Positions 44,212 through 63,718 of a stretch of DNA of 64,000 bases are shown in pieces; positions within the stretch are counted from its first letter, which is position 1, and each line of letters starts with the position of its first letter. A program made the translations under genes and the position numbers. Location of the stretch: assembly GCF_009914755.1 (NCBI RefSeq), contig NC_060926.1, one strand, 5' to 3'. This stretch comes from the human T2T-CHM13v2.0 reference genome, Homo sapiens. The notes below the pieces were generated by a model, which was not told where the DNA came from, did no database searches, and saw only the letters and a program-made list of their open reading frames with translations.

Positions 44212-44542
44212 TAGGAAAAACTTTCTATTTGGGTTACCTACAATAGCTTCTCTTTTGTTGTATGAACCTGGACCAGTGCTGTAACCCAGAGTCCTCATAG
44301 GTAATGACTCTTCTATGAAATTAGGAGAGGCATTGCCATGTCTGCTGCTGGGGCTGAGGAGGATAAAAGAAACTAAGGGTGTAGAGACACTTCCCTTACC
44401 CCTTCTATGAAAACTGCTCAGTGACCTTCAGAGTGTGGCTGAGTCTGAGAAACACTCTCAGCAGATGGAGGAAACAGGAGAAGCAGCTGGGGCAGCCCAC
44501 CCTCACATATCTGCTTCCTTGGGGAGCTTATTGGGTTTGTAA

Positions 44543-45026
44543 CACTGTGAGAGGGTCACTTTTATACTGTTGACCAATAATAAGAAGTTGCAGCAACTTC
44601 AGACTGGAGGATGCTAATGGTGAGAATCAAATCTGTCCTGGATCCAATGCCACATAACTGCAATGGGACCCAGGTTTGCAAATTGGATGCATCGTAGATC
44701 AGGAGCTCAGAAGCTTTCCCTGGCTTCTCTTTGTATCAGGCTAAAACATGGCTAATGCCCTGCCTGACTTTCCTGGCATGTGATGGTGACTCTCACCTAG
44801 ACAGGAAGACAGCGAGGATGGAGACTGGGTCATCTGCATGTCATATCTGGCACCTGAGATGGGAAACAAAACTATTAACACTATTAACCATGTTATGAGA
44901 GGACTTTCCTGAATAGCCAGGTAGTACTGACCACACTGGCTCAGTAAATTCCTAGTGTTCTCCTTCCTTGCCTGAGAGCCAGAGCAGCAGGAGCCCCAGG
45001 AGCTGAGCAGGGACCCTCATGTCCAT
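44543..45026 (-). pseudogene. IGKV1-32: Ig kappa V pseudogene, subgroup 1 (L-part1 44972-45026; V exon from 44853; heptamer 44543-44549)
   Basis: MDMRVPAQLLGLLLLWLS leader with GC donor; [10 protein letters not shown] then frameshifts, Trp to TGA; CACAGTG with lost nonamer; degenerate octamer ATGCAAGA. Confidence 0.87.
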
Positions 45027-47909
45027 GCTGTGTCTTGACTGGGACTGACTCTTGCAAGTGGTATGACCAGCCTGTGTACAAGTCTTCAGGAAGTTGGCTG
45101 TGTTTTTTTGAAAATGAAAATTTCAACAGATGCAAGAATGACTTTACCTGCATAATATTGCACAGGCCTAGTGTCCCCCAGGGGTCCTAAGATTGATCAG
45201 GCCTGCATACACTTGTTAGCAGAGAACAAGTTTCTCTCTGGGGGCCACAGAACAGAATCTGTCTACTGTCCTGCAAGGAGATTGCTTTTCTGCTCTGCAG
45301 AAGTAGGTCATGACCTACTTTTCTTGCTAGCTTCCCGTCTAAGACCTGGCTTGTTGGAGAAGCACATCTCCAGAATCTGCAATAAATTTTAGAAGTGTCC
45401 CGCGTTTGGTACTGATGAATATTATTGAGGCCAGAGAGACTTCTTCTTTGCTCTGATCCTCTAGAGCCCTTGATGTTGTAAATCATCAGCACTATCAGCC
45501 AGAGATGCAATGATGAGGTATAAGAAAGATGGATGGATACATAGATGGATGGATAGAAGGACAGATTTATTTATTAAAAATAAGAAAAAGGAAAATGTTA
45601 ACACAAAATATGTGAAAGTAGTGTAATGCTTTGCAAGGATTGGGTAATCCTTGTACACTGGGTAAACGACATGGCAAATCTCTTATCTCAGACATGTGAT
45701 CATCTTCCTGTATTTCTACATTTTCTTTCCTACTTCTTTCATCTAGGCCAACATCAGAAATCTTCTCCCTCCACTTCTGAAAAGTGTCAGCTACTCTCTA
45801 CCTCTGTGTGCCATCATGCATTCCTATGCTAGATGTTTCCTGAGCTCCTTGGATTAATATGTGTGCCTTACGTCATTCTTAAGCTAATATCTTCCGGAAA
45901 CTGAGATGTTATCTAGACCCAGTGCTCACATCTACTCTTGAATCTACTCTGTTCCATAAACTGTATATCTCTATATTACCAATCTCTTCCAGTTTTTAAG
46001 AGAAAGCAGTTCTTAATGACTGGGTTTAGGGCATTTGACCAAAGTAGGTTCAGAAAGAAAACCATGCACCAAAATGAAGGGGAAACCAAAATATTGCACA
46101 GAGTGTGAAACCCACATGGCATGGAAAGGGCAGTTGATGTGCAGTAGAGAGGGAAGACCACCAGAGGTGTTGAAGCTATAGTGGAGGGAGGAGGGTATCC
46201 CCACATAGGCGCAGGATGTGGGGCGACATCCTCCCACTAGCACATATGTCACAGCTGAAGCAGGATGAGCAGGGCCCTTCAAAAGGGGTAAAGCCAGTGG
46301 TACTAGCATAACGGCCCATGTAGATTGAGAAGGTCACCCATGCAGGAGTCAAAGTTAACAGTGAGCTGGCAAAGCATATCAGGGCTAATGCAGGTTGTGA
46401 GGCAGAAGAGGGAAGTTGTCTACAAGGAGCGTGTAGGTGGCAATGACAGCAGGAGACTAGTGTCACAAAGAGATGTTGATCCCATAAGTCAGTGTAGTAA
46501 GGATAATTAGAGCCAAGGTACCCAGGGAGAAATGTTAGAAATATTTTAAAAGCGCGTACTAGAATAAACTCTATGACTCTGGATTATAGCTATATCAGTG
46601 CCAATTCATGGTTTATGTAGATATAGGTAAAAAGATAGATGAATAGATGATGATGATAGATAGACAAATGATAGATAATAGATAGCTCATTTTCTCTAGA
46701 AGCGATGACACATCAGTCCCACTGAACACATTTAGTGTGTAGATCTTATTTTTCTGAATGCCGATTTCTACTAAAAGGAATCAGTAATCTTTGGAGAAAT
46801 GGCTGATGTCAGGTCTAAAATAGGGGAGATGGAAGATGAGCTTGTACCATCTAGTGCCAGAAACTAAAAAAGTGCTCAGAGAATGATGGGATAAAAACAG
46901 CAGGTATTCAGAGGCAGTGTGAATGAGGCTCCCATTGGACAAATCAGAGGAGGGTTGACTATGAAAATAAATGATGATGGTAGCAGAGTATAACCCATTG
47001 AAGAAAATATGGATCCATGTCTATATTTCGATTAGGAGAGGGATATTCATGAAGTATCAAGAACATCTCCACAAATTCTTATCTCTTTCAAACAGAACAA
47101 CAGTGAAGGTGCAGGGAGAAGCCTGGCAGACACCCCCTTCAGCAGGAGTCAGATTGAACCTCGTCAGTCATGTGGCAGATGGAAATCACACACATCCCAA
47201 TAGGATTCAGTGAGAGCACAGTATCGCTTCTGGATATTCCCGCAACAGTTACACTAACAGAGTTCAATCCTGAAGAAAATTCAAACAAATTCATAAAGTC
47301 CAAACAAGGACACTGGAACTGTTCTAGATGGAAGAAAACTACGGAGGTACAGGCCAGCAAAGGCAACCCGTGAATCATTTTGTTACAAAAGACATTATTG
47401 GAACAATTAACAAAAGTTGAAATACACTTGAGGATTAGATGGAGTGATGCACCAGTGATGATTCCCTGGTTCCACAGATGTATTGGGTTATGTAGGAAAA
47501 TGTCTTGTCTGAAGGAAATACATAGCAAAGTCTTAAAGGGTGGAACTATGAGGTCATCAAGTTACTCTCAATGGTTTAGGGGGAAATGTGTTACTTTGTA
47601 CTCTACTTACAAACTTTCTGTAAATGTGAAATTGTTTCAATATTTTAAAAATAAAAATGGCAGCTCTTAAGAGCATACCCAAGCTATTCTAAGGTATTTT
47701 GTGATGGCACTGAGCCACACCTGTTACAACCATAAGACATGGAAATTTACTGTAGACGCACAAAGATAACACTGTGCTTTCTCAAAGGTGTGTAGTTCAC
47801 AGACAAATTATTATCTGAAGACACAGGTCTCTTTAGTATCCATCAACTAAATGGGCATCCTATTCTTGGTTTGGGGACCTACATAGTCTACCCCTCACGA
47901 CAAATGTAA

Positions 47910-48212
<303 letters not shown>

Positions 48213-50314
48213 CATGTAACTTTATTTCTCTCAGCTCATCAGCATGAAAGTTCTGACTGAGGATGCCAAACCTGATTATCAAAAAAACAAAAATCAAATC
48301 AAATACAGTTTCTTTCATCAACCAAATAGGATAGCTGTGAAACTGAAGCCTGAATTAGGATAAATGTACAACCTTAAATACCCCAGAACCACTCAGGATC
48401 AATTCTCTTCAAAGTAGGATGAAGACAAGATCACATCACCTGGGGAATTGCTCCGAGTTTCACGGAAGACACAGAGGAAGGGAGGATGAGGCTGGAGACA
48501 AAGCTAGCTCTGCTGCGAACTCATCAAGGCCAGGGAGCCCTCAACAGCCTGCTGGATCATAAAGGAGCCCTGTCAACACTGACAGAGCATCTTGGTTGGA
48601 GGTCTCCAATCTTGTATTTCAATGGAGCTATTGAGTGTCTCAGTAATAATGCATCAATCAAAGCTACATGCACACTCAACATGAGGGACCTCTTGCTCTG
48701 GGCCCCAGAAGTGAAGGGCCCTCACCAGGCTCTCCTCCCCTCCAGTCTTTCACAGAGAGAGACTGAGACTGTGCTAATATAGAGCCAATTTTCTTCTACA
48801 TCACACCCTGATACTTGGGGTCCTGAAACTACCAATTCAAATGTTCTAACCCTAACTTCCAGGGACTTGGCCCCTTCTCTGGGCTCGTTCCTCTGAGAGT
48901 AGCTACGCAGTAGGCGTTCCCCGCTCAGACACAAAGTGAGGCCAGGTTTCTGCTGCTGGGAGGCGGGATGGCATGTGAATGTGTGTGAAGTGTCTGTATA
49001 TGTGTTCAGGAGAACTTGTGTGGTGTGGAAAAAGCAAGAGATGGGGTAATGGCAGTAAAGTCCCAATTGCAACCCTAAAGCACGACCTGCTATCCTCACA
49101 CTACCAGGTGCTGGTGAAGAACCTTGAGGAGCGAAAAATATTTAAATTCAGACGTAGGCTTCCAGATATTCAACCTGTAGCCAAAAGAGATTAGAATGGA
49201 CTAGGTTTACACTCCTCTCTGGATTAACTAAAACACAGGACACAATACATGAGGCAAATGTTTTCAAGAAATTGGACATTAGAAATTAAGGATATTGAGC
49301 CCAGAAGATTTTAAACCAAAGGAGATGAAATTTGGAACGATCCATCTGAGACCCTGAGGAGAGTTGCCAGAGCATTGTGTAGTGAAAGGAAATCCATGAG
49401 GTGCCTGGGAGTGTCCCTGAAGAGAGGAAAAAGAATTGGAGGTCCAGAAAGACAGAGAAACAGAGGAGGGAGTTCAGAGAGAGCCCAGGCTATCCCCAGA
49501 TGCCTCCCTCAGTATTCCACAGAGCACTGATGAGTACATGCACGTGGAGACCCTACCTAAGGCTGCAGAAAGACTGGCTGAAGGATTACAGGAAGATTCC
49601 TCAGTCTCCTCTTTTCATGTCATGAGACACTGCAGATGACTGAGAACCCGGTGGCTCCCCTGAGCTTATTTGTCATGCACTTTTGATGACATGAAGGTTA
49701 TTCATGTTGGCCTTCTCTAGTAGATTCACCTGGAAAGCATTAAATTTAGCAGGAAAAAAGGGGGCAACCATGCCCTCAATGTGGAGTGGTCATTAGTATT
49801 GGTTACAAATGTGAACTGCACTAAGCATAAAGGGATTCATTATAGGATATTAAATAGCTCAAAAATTGTTGGAAAGCCTTAACAACAGGCTCCAGGCAAA
49901 ACCTCTGGAACAATCTCACAAACTGTACTGCCGATTCAGGCTGCGGAGGAGTCCTTACTGCCTGAGACCCCATATTCAGACTGCCTCCTGCAGAGAAGAC
50001 AGCTGTTCCTCTCACTACGGCCCACAGAAGGACAGCATCCCTGCCAGCAGCTACCAGAGATCTGACTCCTATCCTGCAGCTCTCCCTGTGTTGATAATAT
50101 CCCTAAATTCAGTCCCGTTCACATTCATCGTTTTTCATGACTACATATCTTTTTCTATCTCCATCCACCCTTGTGGCTTGACATCACCAATACACACTTT
50201 CCCACACTTGAATTCCTTTTTCACACATTAAAAGCAATGTATTAACACCTAACATATTGCAAACGTTGTCTTTACAAGTAACATCAGGATCACTTCTACC
50301 TAAAGAATGGGGAC

Positions 50315-53388
<3,074 letters not shown>

Positions 53389-55032
53389 ATGGCAAAATCC
53401 AAAAACCTTCAGTCCAGAATCCAGCATTCCTCATGGGTCACAAATTTAACCTAAGGTCTAAATTACAAAGGAGACCAGACAACAACACTTTATAAAACTT
53501 TAAAGAAAATGGTGACTGTAAAAAGAAAATTTTTCAACAAAATGTATGCATGCCTCACATGATGTTTTGATATCTGTTTTATTAAAATTCTTCCATCCTC
53601 TGAGTACTGTCTGTAACCTAGGGTCTAGAAGGGCCAAAATACATTTCCTTGGCACTGTGATAATTTTGTATATGTGCTTGTAGCTTGTGTGTATGTGAGT
53701 ATATACACACATATGTGGTCATACAACTTTGTTAAAACATAACTGTTTATATAAGTTTATGCAGAAAGCAATGTCTAAATATATATGCAAATGCATATAT
53801 CATATATAAAAAGATAAATGCACATATGCACACATATATGTATAAACATATGTTTTATTCCTGGAATGTCAACCTAATGATTTTCAACAATCTGTAGTGT
53901 ATATGTAAAGTTCCATTTTGATTATTCTGTTGAGTATTGCTACATATGTGTATCCTCAATACTAACTATTCCTGTTAGATGTTTCCATAAATGAGCTAAG
54001 TTGTATTTTATTTCTTCTGATTTAAGTATTATTTCTTCTATGTTTTTGTTTCTTTATGATTTTCTAAGTATTCATATTTATGCAGTCAATTTTCATTAAA
54101 TGCATCTATATATGTGGATGTTTAATAATGTATTAGCTTTTCAACAATAATAGTTTGTAACAAACCACTCAAAATGCAGAGGCTTACAATACTAGTATTT
54201 ATTTTCATGTTTACGGATGTTCATATTAACAATAATTTAGCTGATCTAGACAGGGCTCAGCTGCGTGGTTGTGCTGTAGGTTGCTGAGCTTATCTCTAAT
54301 ATATGGATTTTTTTTTAATTGGGGTCAAGACTGAAGGAGCAGTGATCAGCCAGGGCAGTTAACAACATCCTGAGGTCAAGCTACACAAGCAAATTTAAGT
54401 CCCATCAGCTGCAACACACGTATACAATATGTGGGTTTCTTCTTTTGCTTTAGCAATTACTCAAGGTTCTAAAACCTTTTCTCCAATTAAGTTTCAAGTT
54501 ATGTGATCATGTCACTGACAAATAATTAAGTATTTCAACCTTCAGCATTAAAAAAGCAAATTTATTCTTAAATTAATTAAAGTTAAATCAAATTGAGTAA
54601 AAAAAATTGGATGTGTTTTCAACATGTGACTTTAATCAGATTTTCTTAAATTGACATGTTGGATAAAAACAACAAAAATTTCTTAGCTGAAGTAAACATT
54701 CCCTAAAACATAGCTTCTTAAACCTTCAATGGATCATCTGTTATCTTATGAAAATACAGATTCCCATTCAATTGATCTAAGGTGGTTTTGCTGTTTTGAA
54801 TTGGTAACATGCTCTTAGTGTTGCTACTGGGTTCTGGACAAATTTTGAGTAGCAAGGTTTTTATATTAAAAAAATAATAAGAATGTTACATCTGTGTGTA
54901 TACACACACACACACATATATATATACAAACATATAAGCAAATGTACACATATATATGTATGAACACATGTTATTTATGGAATGTGAACTTAATGATTTT
55001 CAATAAATCTATATTATACTATAAAATCCTGT

Positions 55033-55883
55033 TCTGATTACCTATATATATGCATACACACACAGACACACACACACATATTTTATATATATAATACATA
55101 TTATATATTATGATATTATATATTGTATATATTATATATGTATATAATATACTATTATATATTATATATGTATATAATTTTATTAATATATATATTATAT
55201 TATATTATATATTATATTATATTATATTATATATATAATATTAATATTATATATTATTATATATTATATTATATTAATATTATATATATATAATATATAT
55301 AATATATATAATAGTATTATATATAATATATATAATAGTATTATATATTATATATATATAATACTATTATATATATTATATATAATAGTATTATATATAT
55401 TATATATATAATACTATTATATATAATATATACTATTATATAATATATATAATACTATTATATATATTATATATAATACTATTATATATAATATATATAA
55501 TACTATTATATATAATATATATAATACTATTATATATAATATATATAATACTATTATATATAATATATATAATACTATTATATATAATATATATAATACT
55601 ATTATATATAATATATATATTATATAATATACTATTATATATAATATATAATAGTATATTATATAATATATATATTATATATAATTATATTAATATATAA
55701 TAGTATCATATATAATAATAGTATATATAATATATAATATATATATTATATATATTATAATAGTATATATAACATATAATATAGTATATATATTATATAT
55801 TATATATAAAATATTTATGTGTGGGTGTTTGTGTATATATAGGTGTGTGTCTGTGTTTGTATGCATATATATAGGTAATCAGA
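55033..55883. repeat. AT-rich minisatellite with inverted flanking arms (PATRR-like)
   Basis: ~730 bp almost pure A/T core with ~24-bp units (ataatactattatatataatatat); 41-bp inverted arms. Confidence 0.85.
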
Positions 55884-55989
55884 TTATATATATATGTGTA
55901 TGTATATATACACACACACATACACATACAGGTATTCAACAAAGGTTTTTTTTGGTCCAATGATTGCTATATTATTTAGTGCAATTTCT

Positions 55990-56230
55990 ATTTTTTTTTT
56001 TAATATGCAGCTTTTTATTCCTCACCCCCCCCACCCTCTCCACTTCTGTCTCCAATGTTCATTAGATCACTCTGTATGCCTCTGTGTACTTGTAGCTTAG
56101 CTCTCACTTATAAGTGTGGACATAAGGTATTTGGTTTTCCATTCCTGAGTTACTTCACTTTGAATAACGGCCTCCACCTCCATGCAAGTTGCCGGGAAAG
56201 ATATTATTAAATTTATTTTTATGGCTAAGT
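55990..56230 (-). mobile_element. L1PB/L1MA-like 3' end
   Basis: ctctcacttataagtg...ttggttttccattcctgagttacttcactt. Confidence 0.7.
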
Positions 56231-56309
56231 CATATACATATACATATATATATATATATGAGTCAACCATATACATATATATATATATATATATATGAGT
56301 CAACCATAC

Positions 56310-56712
56310 ACATATATATATATAATGTTTATATATATAATGTATATATATAATGTTTATATATAATGTATATATATAATGTTTATATATATAATGTATA
56401 TATATAATGTTTATATATATAATGTATATATATAATGTTTATATATATAATGTGTATATATAATGTTTATATATATAATGTGTATATATAATGTTTATAT
56501 ATAATGTGTATATATAATGTTTATATATATAATGTGTATATATAATGTTTATATATATAATGTGTATATATAATGTTTATATATATAATGTGTATATATA
56601 TAATGTTTATATATATAATGTGTATATATATAATGTTTATATATATAATGTGTATATATATAATGTTTATATATATAATGTGTATATATATAATGTTTAT
56701 ATATATATGTAA
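56310..56712. repeat. AT-rich VNTR, ~26-30 bp unit (tatatataatgtttatatatataatgtg)
   Basis: Tandem units visible; produces the spurious MFIYIMCIYI ORF. Confidence 0.9.
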
Positions 56713-56714
56713 TG

Positions 56715-58438
<1,724 letters not shown>

Positions 58439-59307
58439 TCTATTTATCATATGACTAAATATCATTTTCATGCTATGATTTCAAACTTACTCATAGTATA
58501 TGGAAGTACATCCAAGTGTATTCTGAGGCCATCACTTCACTGAAAAAATCCTGAGAGTCGAGATACATGACCACACTACGATGTCAGCTGTCACTTCCCC
58601 ATCATCACTATCATTCTGGAAGCACATTTGCCAGAAACCCTATGCCTTCTCTGGTTTTTGGTGGAGTTGCCCAGTGTGGGGCCTGCCCTGAGATTGAGAA
58701 GTAAGAAGAGGAGGATTCAATACTATCCATCAACACCTGCAGCAAGACATATGGACCGAGGTGAGGACTGCAGAAGCACCTGATGAAGTCCTCTAGGCAG
58801 CTGAGAGCATCTGCACCCCCACCCATGGGCTTCTCAGAAAGGTCTGAGGACCACATGATTGGCAGTTGTACCTTCTCTATCAGATGCATTCTGGATTCCG
58901 GAAGAGAATTCCTCTTCTCTAGTATTTGCGTCTTTGACTACTATACTTGCAAACCTTTAAAAGGCTGTAGTTTAGATTCTCACATCTTATATTTAAAAAA
59001 AATCCTACTTGGAATACCTAGAGTGGCTCACTATTGCTACATGAATTCCAACTGATGCTACAACTCAGACCCCTCAGGTGTAACCATTTCTTCTCAATGA
59101 AATCAGGAGAGGCATTGCCCTGTCTATGATACTGGGGATTAGGACAAGGAAAGACAGCTACGATGAAGTGGGCCTTCATGGCCCTTTTACAAAAACTCTC
59201 CAGTGAACTTCAAAGTGTGACTGCAATTTGAGAAACATTCTCAGCAGGCGAAGGCACCAGAAGGGGCATCTGGGACAGCTGAGCCTCACGCATCTGCTCC
59301 CCTGGGT

Positions 59308-59812
<505 letters not shown>

Positions 59813-59854
59813 GCTGTGTCCTGGTTGGGACTGACTCCTGCACAGGGTGCGACC

Positions 59855-59942
59855 AGCCTATTAATAAGTCTTCAGGGCAGGGGGCTGTGCTCTGCGAACA
59901 TGCAAATCAGCAGGGGATAGGGCAGGCTGGGCACAGCTGCAG
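59855..59942 (-). promoter_or_regulatory. IGKV1-33 promoter (TATA-like, octamer, CCCT element, pentadecamer/E-box)
   Basis: tattaataa near 59859, ATGCAAAT at 59900-59907, gggcacagctgca at 59929-59941. Confidence 0.87.
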
Positions 59943-60439
59943 GGCTGGCTCTTCTCAGTAACTCAGCATAGGAGCAATGTCCCCAGTGTCCCAGGTCGGA
60001 CCAGGGCATCACAGATTTGTCCGTAAATAAGTGTTTCTTCCTGGAGACTGTTTGGTTACAAAGAACTTTTTTGAGTTAATTGTCAAAATTCGAAATATTC
60101 CTGAGGACTAGATGGAGTAATGTATTTTATTCGTGTATGGAGATGGAGATTATTTTTTAAAAAATACAATATGCACTTAATTGGAAGAAAGCACTTTGTG
60201 CTGTACTTACAACACTTCTGTTAGCATGAAATTATTCTGTTTTTAGAAAGGAAACTAAATAGAAAATATATCAAGATTGCAATCCCTGTCTACAGGCTAT
60301 GCCTTTCCCTTTCGCTGTACTGCTGCTGACTTCCAATGGCCATCTATGCCCCTCATTGCTCTTTCTGAACCTGGAGAAGGCAGCTCTGCCTGCATGCATA
60401 GCAGACCACAGGGGCTCGAATGGCCCTCTCTTTGGGCAG

Positions 60440-61640
60440 TGTTATGGTTTCACTGTGTCCTTCAAAACCCATCTGTTTTTAAATTTATCTCAAAGCAACA
60501 GAATTGGGAGGTGGGGCCTAATGGGAAGTGTTGAAGTCATGAGAGCTCTGCCCTCATGAGTGGATAAATGCCACTATAAAAAGAGCTTGTGCTGTGGAAC
60601 CGAACTGGAGTCCACTCACTCAGCTCAGTCAGATCAGATATTCACACTGAGTTTGCAGCAGGAGAAAGTAAAGGTTTGTTTGTTTGTTTGTTTGTTTTTT
60701 TGTAGGGCATCAGGTAAAGAGAATCAGGCAGCTAAGATTCAAATCCTGGCCTCACTGATGGCTTGCAGGTAAGGGTTTTTTAAGGCAGGAGTAAATTTCA
60801 GGAAAGCAGAAGTTACAGGTCAAATTGAAAATTAATACATGGAGGTCACATATTGGTTTTGGCCTAAAAGGGCAGGATATCTTGAAACAGGGGCTTACAG
60901 ATCAAGGGTGGATTACAAGATTTCTAATTTACAATTGGCTAAGGAAGAAAAGCTTTGTTTAAACATTTGGGTTCAGCAGAAGAGACGAATTAGCTCAGGT
61001 TTATGGATATGACTTTTACCAGACCCCTCTGTAAGATATTTAGAACAAAGTACCATGGTCAGAGCTCAGTCCCCAGTTCTCCCTTTTGTGAGATCTGTGT
61101 GCTGGCAGATTCATTTGGAGGGGGTCTTGTTTCCTCAAAAACACCTCAGAGACATATACTAAAATGTCACCTTCAGTTTCTATAGGGGAACCCACCATCT
61201 TCTGAGTCTAGCTTATTTGGCCATTTTAGGCTGTTTTTACTTCCTTGCTTATCACGTTACTTACTTACGTCTTAAGGCTAGGTAGGTGCTTGGAATTTCC
61301 TTTGAAGAGAGTCAAGATTTTCTATTCTTTCCATGCTTGGGGTGTGGGGGTTGCAGGCTCCTGAGAGTGAGTCCTTGCTCTTTCCCATTTGTGGGAGTAG
61401 GGTTTCTCTCTCTCTCTTTTCTGCTCTTCAGTCATGCTAGGACATGGACTTCCTTCCTTCTGGAGGACTCGGGAGTCATAGTGTCATCTTGAAAGTAGAT
61501 AAACTGATTCCTAATCTGACAGTTCCTTGATCTTAGACTTCCCATCCTCCAGAAGTGTGAGAGAATAATTGTCTGCTCTTTATCAATTACAATTTCAGGC
61601 ATTCTGTTATACCAAGACACAACAGACTAAGAGAGACACT
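60440..61640. mobile_element. MaLR LTR interrupted by an ERV LTR (~60594-61385)
   Basis: MaLR motifs at both ends (ggaggtggggcctaatggga; gacttcccatcctccagaagtgtgaga) with unrelated LTR-like sequence between. Confidence 0.55.
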
Positions 61641-63222
61641 ATCAGTAGATGATAACAGGAGTATGATAACATACCCCAGCTCTCTCCCCTCAGATGGAAT
61701 AGCCCAGAGGCATTGTCCCCATGTTTCCACATGGGATGAAGCTTCAGTCATCCTAAGAGTTAGGTGGCTTTTAGGGGAGACTTTTGCCACCCATCTTCTA
61801 TTTCCTGCTACACTTTCCTTCTTCCTTCCCAGTGTAAATAGGCTGCATGCACATAGTTCCTTCTTGCTGGTCAGCCCAGTTCAATGTGGAACAAATCCTT
61901 CAGGAACCCTTCAGCCAGGGTAAAAGTCTGAGAGACCAAAGCCGTAGCGCAGGGCCTGGGATCCTAGGTCGACTTTCCTCAGTTCTGTCCTCACTGGTCC
62001 TGAGTGGCCAGGACCCTACTAGTGCCAAAGAGGGAGGGTCATCAAATGTCTCCAGAGTCTTTACTCAGCCAGACTCTGTTATAGTTAGAAGAAAAAGAAG
62101 CACATGCTAAATAAATAAACATAAGTTATTTGTATATGCATATATGTAATTGTAACACACTTTACAAATTAAATATATTTCTATGCTATTTCAGATGTAA
62201 TTTGTATTAATATATGTGTATATCTTATACATATATAACACATATAATATGCACTTTTCATGTAAATAAATATAATATGAATTGTTGTTATAAGGCATGG
62301 TTTTAAACTTTGGTAAATTGAGCATGAACAAGAAAATCCAGCAATAGTGCCCCACCCCATGGCCACTTTCCCACTACAGAGCCCAAGGGTCAGAGGCTCA
62401 GGACTCACTTCATTTCCTTTCTGGGTCAAGCCCTGACTCATAGATTGCTAAGGATGCTGAGGATTGCTGAGGATTGCTAAGATTGCTAAGGGTCTGGGGA
62501 ACACAAAGCAGCAGGTGCCGAGGAGGCAGGGAGTGGGCCTCGGCTCCTGGTAGAAGGATGTTTTGTGCCCAGAGCTCAGCATGGGCATTTTGTCCCCTGG
62601 GGGTCCCTGTAGGACAGAGCAGCACATGTGGCTCATAGAATTAGGCTACATGTGGCTTATAAGAAAGGCTTACAGGTGTGGTCACAAGACAAAAGCCCTC
62701 CATGGCTCGTTGGCAGCCTCCCCTCTAACTGGAGCCATATGGGATCTCTCTGCCCAGCTTCTATGGCACACACAGCTGCTGGAACTCTGTTCACAATGAA
62801 ACATTTCTCCCCCTTGCAAAACCTTCTGAATATTTGTTATTTTTATTGTGTGTTATTCAAGGACGACAACTTGTTGACCATAATATTTCCAAAAGGATTC
62901 ATGGAGTGAAGTCAAAACTAGGTTGTCAACACTGTGACAGGATGTGAGAGAAACAAGGATCACATCCCTGAAGACAAGGGCAGCTCATGTGTGAGGTGAG
63001 GATAAATTGGCCTCATAAATTCAGAGCAGGATGTGGGAGAAAACACATTGACATTCTCTACTCTGTGATGCTCATCAGATGCTCAGGAGGTGCCCATACG
63101 GAAGGTGGGAAGCTAGTGGGAGGAGAAGGGGGTTTAAGATTTCAGAGCTGCCTCCCATTCTGCTCCACTGAGAAGGCCCCAGATCTTCAGCAGCACTCCA
63201 GGCAGAGCAGGAGCTGGGGCGA

Positions 63223-63718
63223 GGTTTGTGCACCAGTAATGACGGGAGGTGGGGGCATGTGCCCCTGAAGGCAGCTTGGATGCTGATAGTCAGAATGACA
63301 TCTGTCCAAGCCCATGGCCCTTAACCAGGGCAGGCATGGTGTCCAGGGGATAGCAGGAGCTCAGAGCCAGGCCTGGGTTCCGTTGGAACTGAGCTAGGAT
63401 GCTGTTCATACTCTGGTCAGCCCTGCTGGTGAAAGTGACCCTCTCACTTGGGACGCCGGGATAGGGGCTGGATACAGGGTCCACACGATGTTGCCACTGG
63501 CATCTAAGTGGGAAACAAACATGAACATTCCCAAATATTAATACCAAAGAAGTAGTTCATTCAGTTTGATTAAGTTTCAATCAGAAAGCAAAACAGGCTG
63601 AAAACAAGTAAATCTTTCTGCTTAATGCAAACGAACTGAGGATGAAGCCGCAGTCCTCCCTCCTCATCAGAGTCAGAACAGCAGCAGGAAGAGGAGCAAA
63701 GGCGGGCCCCATGTCCAC
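63223..63718 (-). pseudogene. Highly degenerate V-kappa relic A3
   Basis: Leader GTGGACATGGGGCCC/LLLFLLLF, acceptor at 63503, DASG-NIVWT, ERVTFTSRADQSMNSILAQFQRNPG, FR3 TDVILTISI, RSS-like remnant. Confidence 0.78.

Noticed and set aside
48680-48990. QQQKPG and MRDLLLWAP V-like snippets
   Set aside because: They lie on opposite strands with no other framework or RSS support; too weak to call a relic
62443-62492. Short ~10-bp tandem repeat (gattgctaag/gattgctgag x5)
   Set aside because: Local slippage expansion with no sign of function
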